From Octopus sinensis (taxonomy: Eukaryota): 64,000 nucleotides of DNA. A program made the position numbers and the translations under genes. Of the stretch, positions 24,143-36,806 are shown piece by piece. The notes beneath the pieces were generated by a model, which was not told the DNA's origin, searched no databases, and saw only the letters and a list, made by a program, of their open reading frames with translations. The stretch is from contig NC_043001.1 in NCBI RefSeq assembly GCF_006345805.1, forward strand, positions 50,654,001 to 50,718,000, given 5' to 3'. Positions within the stretch are counted from its first letter, which is position 1. Each line of letters opens with the position of its first letter.

Positions 24143-25085
24143 TATCATCATCATCATCATCGTTTAACGTCCGCTTTCCATGCTAGCATGGGTTGGACGG
24201 TTCAACTGGGGTCTGGGGAGCCCGAAGGCTGCACCAGGCCAGTCAGATCTGGCAGTGTTTCTACAGCTGGATGCCCTTCCTAACGCCAACCACTCCGAGA
24301 GTGTAGTGGGTGATTTTATGTGCCACCGACACAGGTGCCAGACGAGGCTGACGAACGGCCACGATCGGATGGTGTTTGTTATGTGCCCACAGCACGGAGG
24401 CCAGTTGATGCGGTACTGGCTACGGCCACGTTCGGATGGTTTTCTTATGTGCCACCGGCACTGGTACCATCCATTGATGTTCATCTATTTTGATTTGGTT
24501 TGATTTGATTTTCACTTGCCTCAACAGGTCTTCACAAGTGTCCCAAGAAGGAAGGTATGCACAGGTGGACTGACTACGTCCCAGGTAGGGGCCACGGGTT
24601 ATGGCCTCACTAGTCTTGCTGGGTCTTCTCGCGCACAGCATACTTCCATAGGTCTCGGTCTCTAGTCATTTCCTTGGTGAGACCTAAATTCGAAGGTCGT
24701 GCTTCACCACCTCGTCCCAGGTTTTCCTGGGTCTACCTCTTCCACAGGTTCCCTCAACTGCTAGGGTGTGGCACTTTTGCACACAACTATCTTCAGCCAT
24801 TCTCGTCACATGACCATACCAGCGCAGCCGTCTCTCTTGCACACCACAACTGATGCTTCTTAGGTTCAACTTTTCTCTCAAGGTACTTACACTCTGTCGA
24901 TTATGAACACTGACATTACACATCCATCGGAGCATACTGGCTTCATTTCTTGCGAGCTTACGCATATCCTCATCAGTCACGGCCCATGTAGCATGGCTGT
25001 GTGTACACATGCATCATACAGTCTGCCTTTTACTCTGAGCGAGAGGCCTTTTGTCACCAGCAGGGGTAAGAGCTCTCTAACTATT
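24143..25085 (-). mobile_element. Young 5'-truncated RTE LINE (RT C-terminus, 3'UTR, (GAT)n)
   Basis: ARNEASMLRWMC...RLRWYGHVTRM...GRGRPRKTW; CpGs largely kept; single copy of the segment amplified at 56572-58838. Confidence 0.92.
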
Positions 25086-25466
25086 AGTGAAATGTGTGGT
25101 CAAGCATTGTCATGAAGAATGATTTGCCCTCTTCAGTTGACCAGTCTGGGATGAAGAAGTAGCAGTTTTCAGCAATAAATGGTCCAAAAATATAAGTACC
25201 AGTTTTAGAAAAATAAGTCCTGAGATCAATTCATTCGCTTAAAAGTTCAAGAAGGTGGTGCCCCAACATGGCCGCAGTCTAATGACTGAAAAAGTTAAAA
25301 GATAAAAGATAAAAGATAAAAGCATTGTATTTCAACAGAAATATGATAATGAAGTGGTTAAAATATTCTGGCAGATAGAACACTGTGACAGTTATTACTA
25401 CCCACCACCTGGTAGTAACAACTGCAAAACAGATGTCGTTCCTGAAGGCATGTAAGCTATGCTTAC

Positions 25467-25697
25467 TTTAAGCTTCATCTGACCTTCATCGGGATTTGGA
25501 GTATTGCCAGAAACACTAGCAGAAAAAAATAGCTTTGCATGGCGAATCATTCTCAGTGTAGAAGATGTATGCAGCAGTGCAGATTTGTTTATGTACCAGT
25601 CTGAGAACAATTTGTTTGTGATCCTTGCCACCTCATTCAATTCCCAACAGACAGGCAGTTGAAGCTGATTTAATCTTTTCAGTGCATACAATTTTTT
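25467..25697 (-). CDS. Internal coding exon of an unidentified host gene (77 aa)
   Basis: Acceptor tgtttttcag|AAA, donor AAA|gtaagc; 231 nt open, phase 0-0: KKLYALKRLNQLQLPVCWELNEVARITNKLFSDWYINKSALLHTSSTLRMIRHAKLFFSASVSGNTPNPDEGQMKLK; no TE motifs. Confidence 0.7.
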
Positions 25698-25904
25698 CTG
25701 AAAAACATTTGCTTTAATTTATTAGTTCCTGAAACATTACCACCATGTAGGAGTGGCTAGCTTAACTTTGCCAGCTTTAAATCTTAGTGCAGAACTTTCG
25801 CTTCTGTTTGTGTGGATATGTGAGTGTGTGCGTATAATGTAAGAATATATATATATATATATATATACTGAGTCATCCCAGAAATAGTGCATTTTTTTTT
25901 AATA

Positions 25905-28715
25905 CAGAGCTTTAGAGATTTTATACAGAGATTTAGAGACATATTACTCGAAGCCTTTAACGAAATGGAAGGAGATATAGCTTCACACAATGTAGAAGAC
26001 AACTGGAGGTTTCTACAGAACAACTTGCGGAGGGCCACTGACCAGATCTGTGGAGGATGCAAAGTCCCCTCTCGACCCAAAATAATGTGGTGGTGGAACA
26101 ATGTTGTTGACAGGGCTATTAGAGAAAAGAAACAGGCTTGGAAGGACTGGAAGAACAGTAGTAGCAGGGAATTGTATCAGACTGCCAGAAGGGAAGCTAG
26201 GAGACAGGTTTATTTAGCCAGAGGGGAAGCAGATAAGAAAACATTTGCCAATGTTCTGCACCATGAGTACCAAAGATCTGAGGTATTTCATGTTGCAAGA
26301 CAGTGTGTGAAAGAGAATCGTGATGTTGTAAGAGAGAAATGTGTCTGCATGGATGATGGTTCACTTGCACTAAACGAGGCTGCAAAGAGAGAAGTTTGAA
26401 GATGCCACTATGGAAGGTTGCTGAATAAAGAGAATTAATGGGAGAAAGAGAGTCTGCTGAATGTTGACCCAACAGAGGGACCAGCTATCTGAGTTGACAG
26501 TACCTTGGTAGATAAAGCAATTAAGAGTACGAAGACAGGGAAAGCCCCTGGCCCATCAGGAATCACTGTAGAGATGCTCAAAATATCTGGCAGTGTTGGC
26601 TATAGCCTAGTCACCTGCATAGTTAACCAGGTGATACACGAAGGAGTCATACCCAATGACTGGTGCAGAAGTACCATAGTCAACTGCTACAAAAGTAAAA
26701 GTGATGCTTTAGATACAAATAATTACAGAGGTATCAAGCTGTTGGATCAGGTAATGAAGGTCACGAAGAGGGTCATAGCCCAACTAATTAGGAAGAGAGT
26801 CAGTTTAGATGTGATGCAGTTTGGGTTTATGCCAGGGAAAAGCACCACTGATGCTATATTACTGGTAAGATGGCTGCAGGAGAAATACCTAGCCAAAGAT
26901 AAACCTCTGTACCTGGCTTTCGTTGACATGGAGAAAGCCTTCGACAGGGTTCCCTGATCCCTTATCTGGTGGTCAATGAGGAGACTAGGGATAGATGAAT
27001 GGTTAGTGAGAGCTGTGCAAGCCATGTACAGGGATGCTGCCAGTAAGGTGCGGGTTGGTAACAAGTACAGTGAAGAATTCCGGGTAGAGGTAGGGGTCCA
27101 CCAAGGTTCGGTCCTCAGCCCACTCCTATTCATCATAGTCCTCCAGGCAATAACAGAGGAATTCAAGGCAGGATGCCCCTGGGAGCTCCTCTATGCTGAC
27201 GACCTTGCTCTAATTGCTGAATCACTATCAGAACTAGAGAAGTTTCAGGTGTGGAAACAAGGATTACAATCGAAGGGCCTTAGAGTCAACCTAGCTAAAA
27301 CCAAAGTCCTAATAAGTAGGAAGGCAGACAGACCACAAATCCCTTCAGGTAGATGGCCCTGGTTGATCTGTAGAAAAGGCGTAGGTAGAAACTCTATAAG
27401 ATGTACTCAGTGTAAGCTATGGACACATAAGAGGTGCAGCAATATCAAAGGAAGGCTAACTGGGAAGATAGTTTTTGTATGTGGCAGATGCTCAGGAGCA
27501 ATAAAAACTGAAAATGTGCAGAGAACAACTTCCACCACATTCCAGGGAGAAAAACTAGAAGTAGTTGATAGCTTCCATTACCTAGGTGACCAAGTCAGTA
27601 GCGGGGGAGGGCATGCTGAAAGTGTAGCTGCTGGAATAAGAATAGCCTAGACAAAGTTCAGAGAGCTCTTACCTCTGCTGGTGACAAAGGGCCTCTTGCT
27701 CAGAGTAAAAGGTAGACTGTATGATGCATGTGTACGAACAGCCATGCTACATGGCAGTGAAACACGAGCCGTAACTGCTGAGGACATGCGTAAGCTCGCA
27801 AGGAATGAAGCCAATATGATCCGATGGATGTGTAATGTCAGTGTGCATACTCGACAGAGTGTAAGTACCTTGGGAGAAAAGTTGGACCTAAGAAGCATCA
27901 GATGTGGTGTGCAAGAGAGATGACTGCACTGGTATGGTCATGTGGCAAGAATGGATGAGAATAGCTGTGTGAAAAAGTGCCATACCCTAATGGTTGTGGG
28001 AACCTGTGGAAGAGGTAGACCCAGGAAGACCTGGGATGAGGTGGTGAAGCACAACCTTCGAACATTAGGCTCTACCGAGGCAATGACTAGTGACTGAGAC
28101 CTTTGGAAATATGCAGTGCTTGAAAAGACCCAGCAAGTGAGACTATACCCATGGCCTATGCTAGGGGTGTAACCAGCCCACTTATGCGTACCTTCCTTTA
28201 TTGGACACTAAACTCTGCTTGCGAAGACCTTTTGAGGTAAGTGAAATTGAAATCAAATCAAATTCGCAAATTCGATGACTGGCATCTGTGCCAGTGAAGC
28301 ACTAAGAGCACCTTCCAAGTGTGATCACTGCCAGAGCAGCTCACTGGCTTCCATGCTTTTGGCCTGTAAAATGCACCATTCAAACGTGATCATTACCAGC
28401 GTTGCCTTACTAGCATTTGTGCCAGTGGCACCTGAAAAACATTCGAGCAAGGTTGTTGCCAGTGTTGCATGTAAAAAACATCACTTGAACGTGGCTGTTG
28501 CCAGTACTGCCTTACTGGCCCTTGTGTCGGTGGCACGTAAAAGCACCCACTACACTCTCGGAGTGGTTGGCATTAGGAAGGGCATCCAACTGTAGAAACT
28601 CTGCTAGATCAGATTGGAGTCTGGTGCAGCCATCTGGTTCACCAGTCCTCAGTCAAATTGTCCAACCCATGCCAGCATGGAAAGTGGACGTTAAATGATG
28701 ATGATGATGATGATA
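25905..28715 (+). mobile_element. 5'-truncated RTE LINE: RT with PHD-like insertion, long 3'UTR, (GAT)n tail
   Basis: NYRGIKLL, QFGFMPGKST, DMEKAFDRVP, GVHQGSVLSP, YADD, YLGD, WYGHVARM, GRGRPRKTW; frame nearly continuous, with several TGA/TAG/TAA stops, some at decayed CGA codons. Confidence 0.95.
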
Positions 28716-29229
28716 TATATAATGGGCATCTGTGAGTTTCCATCTACCAAATTCGCTTACAAGGCTTTGGTCAGCCTGAGGTTATTGTACAAGACACTTG
28801 CTCAGGGTATCATGCAGTGGCATGGCTATGTGGTAAGAAGCTTGCTTCCAGTTCTGGTTTTTTTGGTTCTTCGTGCACCAGTGAAGTTGTCTTGCTGGCT
28901 TGCAGTGGACGAATATTGAATGTAAAAAAGACTCTGCTGTAAAGTAAGACTTTTGCTCCTCCTACTACTACTACTAGCGTTATCATAAAATCTACTGTAA
29001 TTTTAACCACTACTCTTTTTGCTGTTGCTACTATTACCAATTCTTTCTACTATAGGCAGGAGGGCCTGAAGTTTTAGAGAATGGTGCTAGTTGATTACAT
29101 TGACTCCAGTGCTTCAGTGGTACTTATTTTATCAACCCTGAAAAAATGGAAGACAAAGTCAAACTTGATAGACTTTGAAAGAAAGTAAACTCAGAAGAAA
29201 TACCACAAAGCATCTTGTCGGGCATGCTA

Positions 29230-29430
29230 ACAATTCTTTTCTACTAAAGGCACAAGGTCTGAAATTGTGGGAGGGGATAGTCAATTTCATCGGCCCCAGT
29301 GTTTCACTGGTACTTAATTTATCGACCTCCGAAAGGATGAAAGGCAAAGTCAACCTCGGTGGAATTTGAACTCAGAATGTAAAGGTGAACAAAATGCCTG
29401 GTGTGCTAATGACTCTGCCAGCTCATTGCC
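29230..29430 (-). mobile_element. Family C SINE (older partial copy at 29040-29190)
   Basis: Matches 8950-9165. Confidence 0.75.
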
Positions 29431-29601
29431 TTACAACTACTACAACTAATAAATATAATTTAGCTGTAGCTCTGCTGTTACTACTTATATTACTTCATTT
29501 TTGTTTTTGTAAGTTACCGAAGAAGGGCAGAGCTTGTGAACTTTATAGCCTTCTTGGTATTTGATATGGTTAATATAAATCCTGAACACCTGTTGGATTA
29601 A

Positions 29602-29820
29602 CTATTTAGCATTTAAACCAGCCATTTTCGGCCCATATATGCTACCTGTTTTATGTTCTAACCAGCCAGATCTAGCCTATGACACTTACCCTTCAATGCC
29701 ATTATAAAATATACAGTCCCATCATCAAAATTTCGAAGCTGCAAAATAATGCCTGATTAATTTAAAACAATGTGAATGAAAAATCATTACATTTGACAGA
29801 ATAATCTGAATGCTAAAGGG
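29602..29820. mobile_element. piggyBac-type MITE
   Basis: TTAA at 29598-29601 and 29821-29824; TIR CTATTTAGCATT / AATGCTAAAGGG. Confidence 0.7.
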
Positions 29821-29884
29821 TTAAAGTCTGCAGCAAAATGGAACTTAAACTGTGGATAGGAAGTGAACAGCGAATCTGAATATC

Positions 29885-30290
29885 TTTACAATGCCACCGG
29901 CACGGAAGCCAGTCAAGGCAGCAGTGGCATCGGCCACGCTCAGATGGTGCTTTTTACATGCCACTGGCACAGGTATCACAACTATAATTTCCATTTGATC
30001 AGCATCAAAAAATCAAATGGAAATTGTAGTTGTGATACATGTGCTGGTGGCATGTAAAAAGCACCATCCGAGCGTGGCCGTTGCCAGCCTCGCCTGGCAC
30101 CTGTGCCGGTGGCACGTAAAAAGCACCCACTAAACTCACAGAGTGGTTGGTGTTAGGAAGGGCATCCAGCTGTAGAAACACTGCCAGATCAGACTGGAGC
30201 CTGATGCAGCCTCCTGGCTTCCCAGACCCGGTCAAACCGTCCAACCCATGCTAGCATGGAAAATGGACGTTAAACGATGATGATGATGAC
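29885..30290 (+). mobile_element. RTE LINE 3'UTR fragment
   Basis: Internal repeats, GGAAGGGCATCCAGC, (GAT)n. Confidence 0.85.
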
Positions 30291-30294
30291 ATAC

Positions 30295-30672
30295 TTCTCT
30301 TCATGCTCTCTTTACTCTTTTACTTATTTCAATCATTTGACTGCAGCCAAGCTGGAGCACCGCCTTTAGTCGATCGGTCTCTTTTGCCGAACTGCTAAGT
30401 TACGGGGACGTAAACATACCAGCATCGGTTGTCAAGCAATGTTGGGGGTACAAACACAGACTCACAAACATATACACACACATACATATGTATATATATA
30501 CATATATACAATGGGCTTCTTTCAGTTTCCATCTACCAAATCCACTCACAAGGCTTTGGTCAGCCCAAGGCTATAGCAGAAGACACTTGCCCAAGGTGCC
30601 ACGCAGTGAGACTGAACCCGGGACCATGTGGTTCATAAGCAATTTACTTACCACACAGCCACTCCTATGCCT
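30295..30672 (-). mobile_element. Family A SINE
   Basis: Close to 27-425. Confidence 0.85.
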
Positions 30673-31059
30673 ATACTGGTAAAAATATCTGAAAATCCCC
30701 AAGCAATAACCAGAAATATCTGTGGTATGTTAAAAAATATTTTGGAAACAAGGAATGTGATTCTAAAATTTTAAAAAAATGTTTAATCTATAACTATAAA
30801 ATATTATATAATTTTATTGTAAGGCACATGTTAATGCTTTACATAGCTTCAAGACAAAAATATATTGGTTATTTTTATTGAAATGAATATATATATTTTA
30901 AGTAGTGTACAGGAATGACTTAAGTAATTATGAAGTTTTCTTTCCAAGTATGTGGTTTTGAGTTCAAGCCAGCTGTATAGCACCTTGGCCAAGTGTCTTT
31001 TATTTTAGCCCTGGTTGGTCAAAGCCTTGTGAGTAGATTTGGCAGACAGAAATTGAATA

Positions 31060-31424
31060 TGTGTATGTATACATACATGCATACATACATACGTACATAC
31101 ATACATACATACATACATACATACATGCATACATACATGAATGCATATATACATACATGCACGCATGCATGCATACATATATACATATATGTATGTGCTT
31201 AAAGAACTGAATAGGAATTGAATACTTATATACATACATACATAATACATACATACACATATACATGAATGCATACATACATGCAATGCATGCAAGTATG
31301 CATATATACATGCATGCATGCATACATGTATGTATGTATGTATGCATGTATGTATGTATGTATGTATGTATGTGTGTATGTATGTATGTATGTATGTATG
31401 TATGTATGTATGTATGTGTGTATG

Positions 31425-31456
<32 letters not shown>

Positions 31457-31515
31457 TGTATGTGTGTATGTATGTATGTATGTATGTATGTATGTATGTA
31501 TGTATGTATGTATGT
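31060..31515. repeat. (TACA)n/(TATG)n inverted compound microsatellite inside a family A SINE (head 30925-31060, +)
   Basis: Direct reading. Confidence 0.9.
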
Positions 31516-31616
31516 GTTTGAAGAACTGAATAGGAGTGGCTTTTCTGATAATTTTTCCACTTTAATGATTAGATGTTTAGACAAGTCACTTTAATAATTA
31601 GATATCTGGAAAAGCA

Positions 31617-31679
31617 AAGGAATTGGCTCAGATGGTAAAGCGCTTGCTTAGCAAATGAGATCAATGCCCGGATTTTCCA
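31617..31679 (+). pseudogene. tRNA-Ala-AGC: tRNA-Ala(AGC) pseudogene with an internal deletion of about 11 nt
   Basis: AAGGAATTGGCTCAGATGGTAAAGCGCTTGCTTAGCAAATGAGA-TCAATGCCCGGATTTTCCA aligns with metazoan tRNA-Ala(AGC) (anticodon loop CTTAGCA); variable arm and 5' T-stem missing. Confidence 0.7.
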
Positions 31680-32090
31680 ATCAAATTTGATTTGCATTCC
31701 TATTAATTTCTTCAAATATATACTACTGTACCAATGACTTTCTATTTCTAATCCTATTACATGTATATATATATTTCTTTTTATAGCACTGGCTTTCCTG
31801 TTTTCTCACTACTATCATCATTTCCATATAGGTACACATAAATTCTTCACACAGTTTCTAGCTACAAATTTAACTTACAAAGCATTGAAAAGAGAAACTT
31901 GCCCAAAGTGTCCGTGCAGTGGGATTGAACCTGGAACCAAGTAGTTGCTAAGCAAACATTTTAACCATACAGCCATACTTGCCCATTTCAAAGGAAAATT
32001 AAAGAAAAAAGTGAACATGGAATAAAGTTACATTTAAAATGAATTGAACAATGTAAATACAGTAGCATAAAAGCAGTCAAACCAAGACTG

Positions 32091-32095
<5 letters not shown>

Positions 32096-32125
<30 letters not shown>

Positions 32126-32410
32126 GTTTAACATCCGCTTCCCATGCTAGCATGGGTTGGATGATTTGACTGAGGGCTGGTAAACCAGATGGCTGCACCA
32201 GGCTCCAATCTTGATCTGGCAGAGTTTCTACAGCTGGATGCCCTTCCTAACACCAACCACTCCGAGAGTGTAGTGGGTGCTTTTACATGCCACCAGCACA
32301 GGGGCCAGTCAGGCGGTACTGGCAACGACCATGCTCGAATCTTTTTGCACATGCCACCGGCACAGGTGCCAGTAAGGCGATGCTGGTAACAATCACGCTC
32401 GAATGGTGCC
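32096..32410 (-). mobile_element. RTE LINE 3'UTR fragment
   Basis: (ATC)n then rc of tail. Confidence 0.85.
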
Positions 32411-32479
32411 TAAATGTATATCAATGTTATATGATCTCAAGTTGAAATAGGATAATAGAGGTTAAATGAGTTATTTACA

Positions 32480-33270
32480 GAAAGAAGATAAGTTACCATT
32501 TGTGATTAAAATCAAATTTTAGAAAGTTTTCCACTGTGTTATTTATTTCTGTTTTTATGTTGAAAATAAATTTTCTCAGTATGTAGAAAATGACTAGATA
32601 AGATTAATGGAATCTATTCAATACAAATACTGTTTACACAAAAGAAGTAATTGCATCTCTGGCATATTGTTGACAAATTAAACCCCAACTCACAATAGAG
32701 GCATAGAAATACTTTGCAATAATAACACATATGAAATGAAGTCCATGTGTTGATCAAATGTCTCTATAGATGTAATAGTTTCAGTTGTATAGTTGTCCTA
32801 ATTTGTACAAGCCAACAAAAGAACCTTTGTGTTGTCACTTGTTTCTCATGTTAGCATATGTTTTCTTTTATACGCTCTGTACAGTTGTAGGTGTACCCTG
32901 CTTGAATTAACTTTCTTTTGATTTCTCATAAAGGACTCTCTTTTACTTAACAAAGAACCAATACTTCTTAGTAGATCTGCATTTGCCAACAAAGCTGTGT
33001 TACCTGTATTTTAGTAATGTTTTTTAATATGGACATAAAATCAATGGTTTTGCATATAGCCCCTTTAGCTCAAATCCATGTCTTCTCAGAGTCTTTCTCT
33101 TAAGAAACAGTTGAAGAATCAATACAGTTTCAAAAGTTCAGCCTCTTGCAGTGTCAGACTTTTCTAAGGCTCATGCTGGTACACTGGTAAAGTTAGTTTC
33201 CCCATTATGGGTTTATTATCCGAAATGTCCAGAGGTGCTATAGTTGTGGTGGCTGCAGACAATTCTATGA
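32480..33270 (-). mobile_element. Degenerate Tc1-like transposase relic
   Basis: RKTLRRHGFELKGLYAKPLIL..*KTLLKY resembles the Tc1 HTH/linker region; many stops. Confidence 0.45.
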
Positions 33271-33348
33271 AACAAAAGCAAAAGTGCAGTTGTTGTTTCA
33301 TTTATAATTTACAATAATAAAGCCAGTTAGTTGTGAGGTGTGGTTGTT

Positions 33349-33420
33349 AACAATACCTGTATTTCAAATGTATACAACAATACCTGTATTTCAGCTTTAT
33401 GCAACAATACCTGTATTTCA
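33349..33420. repeat. Three tandem 27-bp units (AACAATACCTGTATTTCA core)
   Basis: Core starts at 33349, 33376, 33403. Confidence 0.9.
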
Positions 33421-33914
33421 GATTGGTACCAAACCAATCCTGAGAGTAGGTGTTGAAATTTTCAACTAGAACTACAGATAATACACCAAACTCATACATA
33501 TTTGTAACTGTTCATACAAGATAATCAAATATCACCTCTAAAAAGAAGTTTGTCATGTGTTAAAGGTCCTTTAGATATTTTTATGGTCATGATGTATGCA
33601 TTGATAAAGCTTTAACAAATCTTAATACTCTGTATGACATTGTATTTTCATATCAGTGGAAACTTCATGATTATACTTCAACATTCAGTCCCAATACATG
33701 AAATAAAGTAGCTGCCCCATTTAGCTGTGGATTATGTAAAATAAATAAATGGCAAAATAAATAAAAATCATATAGGCACAGGTGTGGCTGTGTGGTAAGA
33801 AGCTTGCTTCCCAATCACAAGGTTCTGGTTTCAGTTCCACTGCATGGCACCTTGGGTTAACCAAAGCCTTGTGAGTGGATTTGGTAAATGGAAACTGAAA
33901 GAAGCCCATCATAA

Positions 33915-34016
<102 letters not shown>

Positions 34017-34077
34017 TATATATATATATATATAATATATATATATATACACACATATATATATATATATATATATA

Positions 34078-34600
34078 ACGGGAAGCTTTATGAAAATAGA
34101 CAAAAGACGAAGGCAGGTGGGAAACAAACAAACAATTGTATTAGTATGGCGCTCAGGAAATATAAATAAAACAAGTCTTTAACGTTTCAAGCCTACGCTC
34201 TTCAACAGAAAGATACACAGAGAGAAAAAAAAAAACACAGAAAGAAGGAGAGAAAAAAAATGCAATACACACACACACTTGAAACGTCCATGTATAGTTC
34301 TGCAAATTATATTTGCAAAGACAATCACACTGATGAGTTGTGGACAATTACGTAAATGATTATGTAAGCAATAACAACAAAATCTGGTTGGTGATTAATC
34401 TATATTTTGTATCTTTTCATTCTTCTTGCTCGCTTATGTTCTGATGTTTGCTAAATTTTCTTGAGAACATACCTTTCTTAGTGGTAAGACCATAGCAGAC
34501 CTTCTTCTAGCATAATGGATGTCCACTTACAGGTCATTCTTCTTATATGTATGTAATATAAATTTTTCTGAAAATTCAGATTTTTCAATATGCTAGACCA
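34078..34600 (-). mobile_element. Penelope-type terminal element with hammerhead-like motif
   Basis: 34078-34262 is a near-identical inverted copy of 55544-55730; upstream part is a decayed, possibly GIY-YIG-like region. Confidence 0.6.
34176..34213 (-). ncRNA. Minimal type I hammerhead-like motif, CUGUUGA core
   Basis: TCTTT-CTGTTGA-A-GAGC gtag GCTT-GAAAC-GTT-AAAGA: perfect 5-bp stem I, palindromic AACGTT stem III. Confidence 0.55.
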
Positions 34601-34654
34601 CTGGTTTTAAATTAATATTAATCAAATTAATATTCAATTTCCACAAAAGCACCA

Positions 34655-34942
34655 ACCGTTCATGTCCGTTGCCAGCATCGCCTGGCCCTGTGCCGGTGAC
34701 ATGTAAAAGCACCATCCGTTCGTGGCCGTTCGCCAGCTCTGTCTGGCACCTGTGCAGGTGGCACGTAAAAAACACCCACTACACTCGCGGAGTGGTTGGC
34801 GTTAGGAAGGGCATCCAGCCGTAGAAACACTGCCAGATCTGACTGGGCCTGACAAAGCCTTCCAGCTTCACAGACCCCAGTTGACCCGTCCAACCCATGC
34901 TAGCATGGAAAGCAGACGCTAAATGATGATGATGATGATGAT
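34655..34942 (+). mobile_element. RTE LINE 3'UTR fragment
   Basis: Tail motifs plus (GAT)n running into (AT)n. Confidence 0.85.
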
Positions 34943-34956
34943 ATATATATATATAT

Positions 34957-35064
34957 ATATTAAGAACAATCTTACTTAGAAATGGATGCGTGCGTTCAGT
35001 CATATATAAATAAATAAATGACTGAACGCACGCATCCATTTCTAAGTAAGATTGTTCTTAATAT
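34957..35064. repeat. Perfect 47-bp inverted repeat with 14-nt loop
   Basis: Arms 34957-35003 and 35018-35064 are exact reverse complements. Confidence 0.95.
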
Positions 35065-36484
35065 TAATACTGATGCGCACTCTTAACCTTTCTCTCCCCC
35101 TCCCTTTCTCAGCCTTCATTCTTTTGGCTTTCCTTTTCTTCTACCTTACTGTCTATCCCTCTCTCTCTCATTCTTCATTCTTTTCTCTACCACTATCCCC
35201 ATTTTTTCTCTCCCGTTCTCTTACTCCTCCTCCTCCGTCCCGTCGCGGTCACATGATGAGATGCCTATTTCTATCTTTTCTTCTCCAGCTTCCTCCAAGT
35301 AGGGACGGTAAAATCTGTTGCTCTGCGAATCCTAAAGAATAGCGTTCATAAAAAATTTTTATCTCGTTTGGCTTAACAGCCCTCTTTGTTTGTGTTACTG
35401 TTATTCTCCGTTGTCCTGTTTATATTTTGTACTGTCGTTACTGTCCTGTTTTTGTTACCATTTTTGCCCCTCCACAAAAAAATCTCAAATTTTATTTAAT
35501 TTGATTTCCGTGGGAAGGAAAATTTCATTGAAGTCATGTATCGCCTGACCTTCGAAACGTGGAGTAGATGAAATTAAGGCGACTGAAGAAGGGGATTTTT
35601 CCTTGTTTGTATGTCTTGTACTCTATTTTTTCGTTGTTTAAAAAAATGTCTATTTCCTCGGTTTTGTGTTTATGTCTTCGTTTCTCATTGTGTTCAACGT
35701 TTTTTTGGTGTCCTGTACCCATATATGCCTGTATATATACATGTAGAGGTAGGTACGTACATATATGTATGTATATATGCATATGTTTTGTTTATTTATA
35801 TATATATGTATTTATGTGTGTGTCTTTGTGTCTGTGTTTGATACCTACCATTGCTTGACCACCAATGTCAGTTGTTTGGGTCTCCGTAACTTGGCAGTTT
35901 GGCAAAAGAGTCTGATAGGATAAGTACTAGGCTTACAAAGAATTAGTCCTGAGGTTAATTTCTTCGACTAAAACTCTTTAAGGCAGTGCTCCAGCATGGC
36001 TATAGTGAAATGACTGAAACAATTAAAAGAATAAAAGATTAAAAGAAAGTGATCTCGGTCATTGGTAGACTATTTTAGATTGCATGGCTTAGAGCTCTTT
36101 ACCTCTTCCTCAAATGCATCAGCAAAACAAATCATTACTGTGTAGTGATGATTTTATTTTCTTTAATTCTATTTTATATCACAACTGGTGAACACTAGTG
36201 CTGTTGGTTATCGTGAATCAATCACCAGTTCACCACATGGTTATAATGACAAAGCAGTGCAACAAGATTGGTTGGATAATTGGATGTTGTTTAGGCTGTG
36301 TGTTGTTCCCTTATAACACCAAGTTAAAAGAAAAGTTTCTGTAATAATTTCACAGCACTTTTGAACATAATTTATTGTGTTGCATTAGTATGAAAAGATG
36401 TTCATGCATTACAACTAATAGAAACAGTGAGGTGGAAATAGCATAATATGATGTGCAAGGAAAATGGCTGTTGAAAGTTTAATA

Positions 36485-36806
<322 letters not shown>

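Noticed and set aside
34473-34567. Minus-strand exon candidate with strong donor AAG|gtatgt
   Set aside because: Stops in all three frames; lies inside a Penelope-type relic nested in a SINE.
35521-35610. CGAAACGT with nearby hairpins as a hammerhead
   Set aside because: No CUGANGA-like core correctly placed upstream; the downstream CTGAAGA lacks a following GAAA.
36103-36137. Minus-strand micro-exon MICFADAFEEE
   Set aside because: Purine-rich acceptor, only 35 nt, no phase link to a supported exon.
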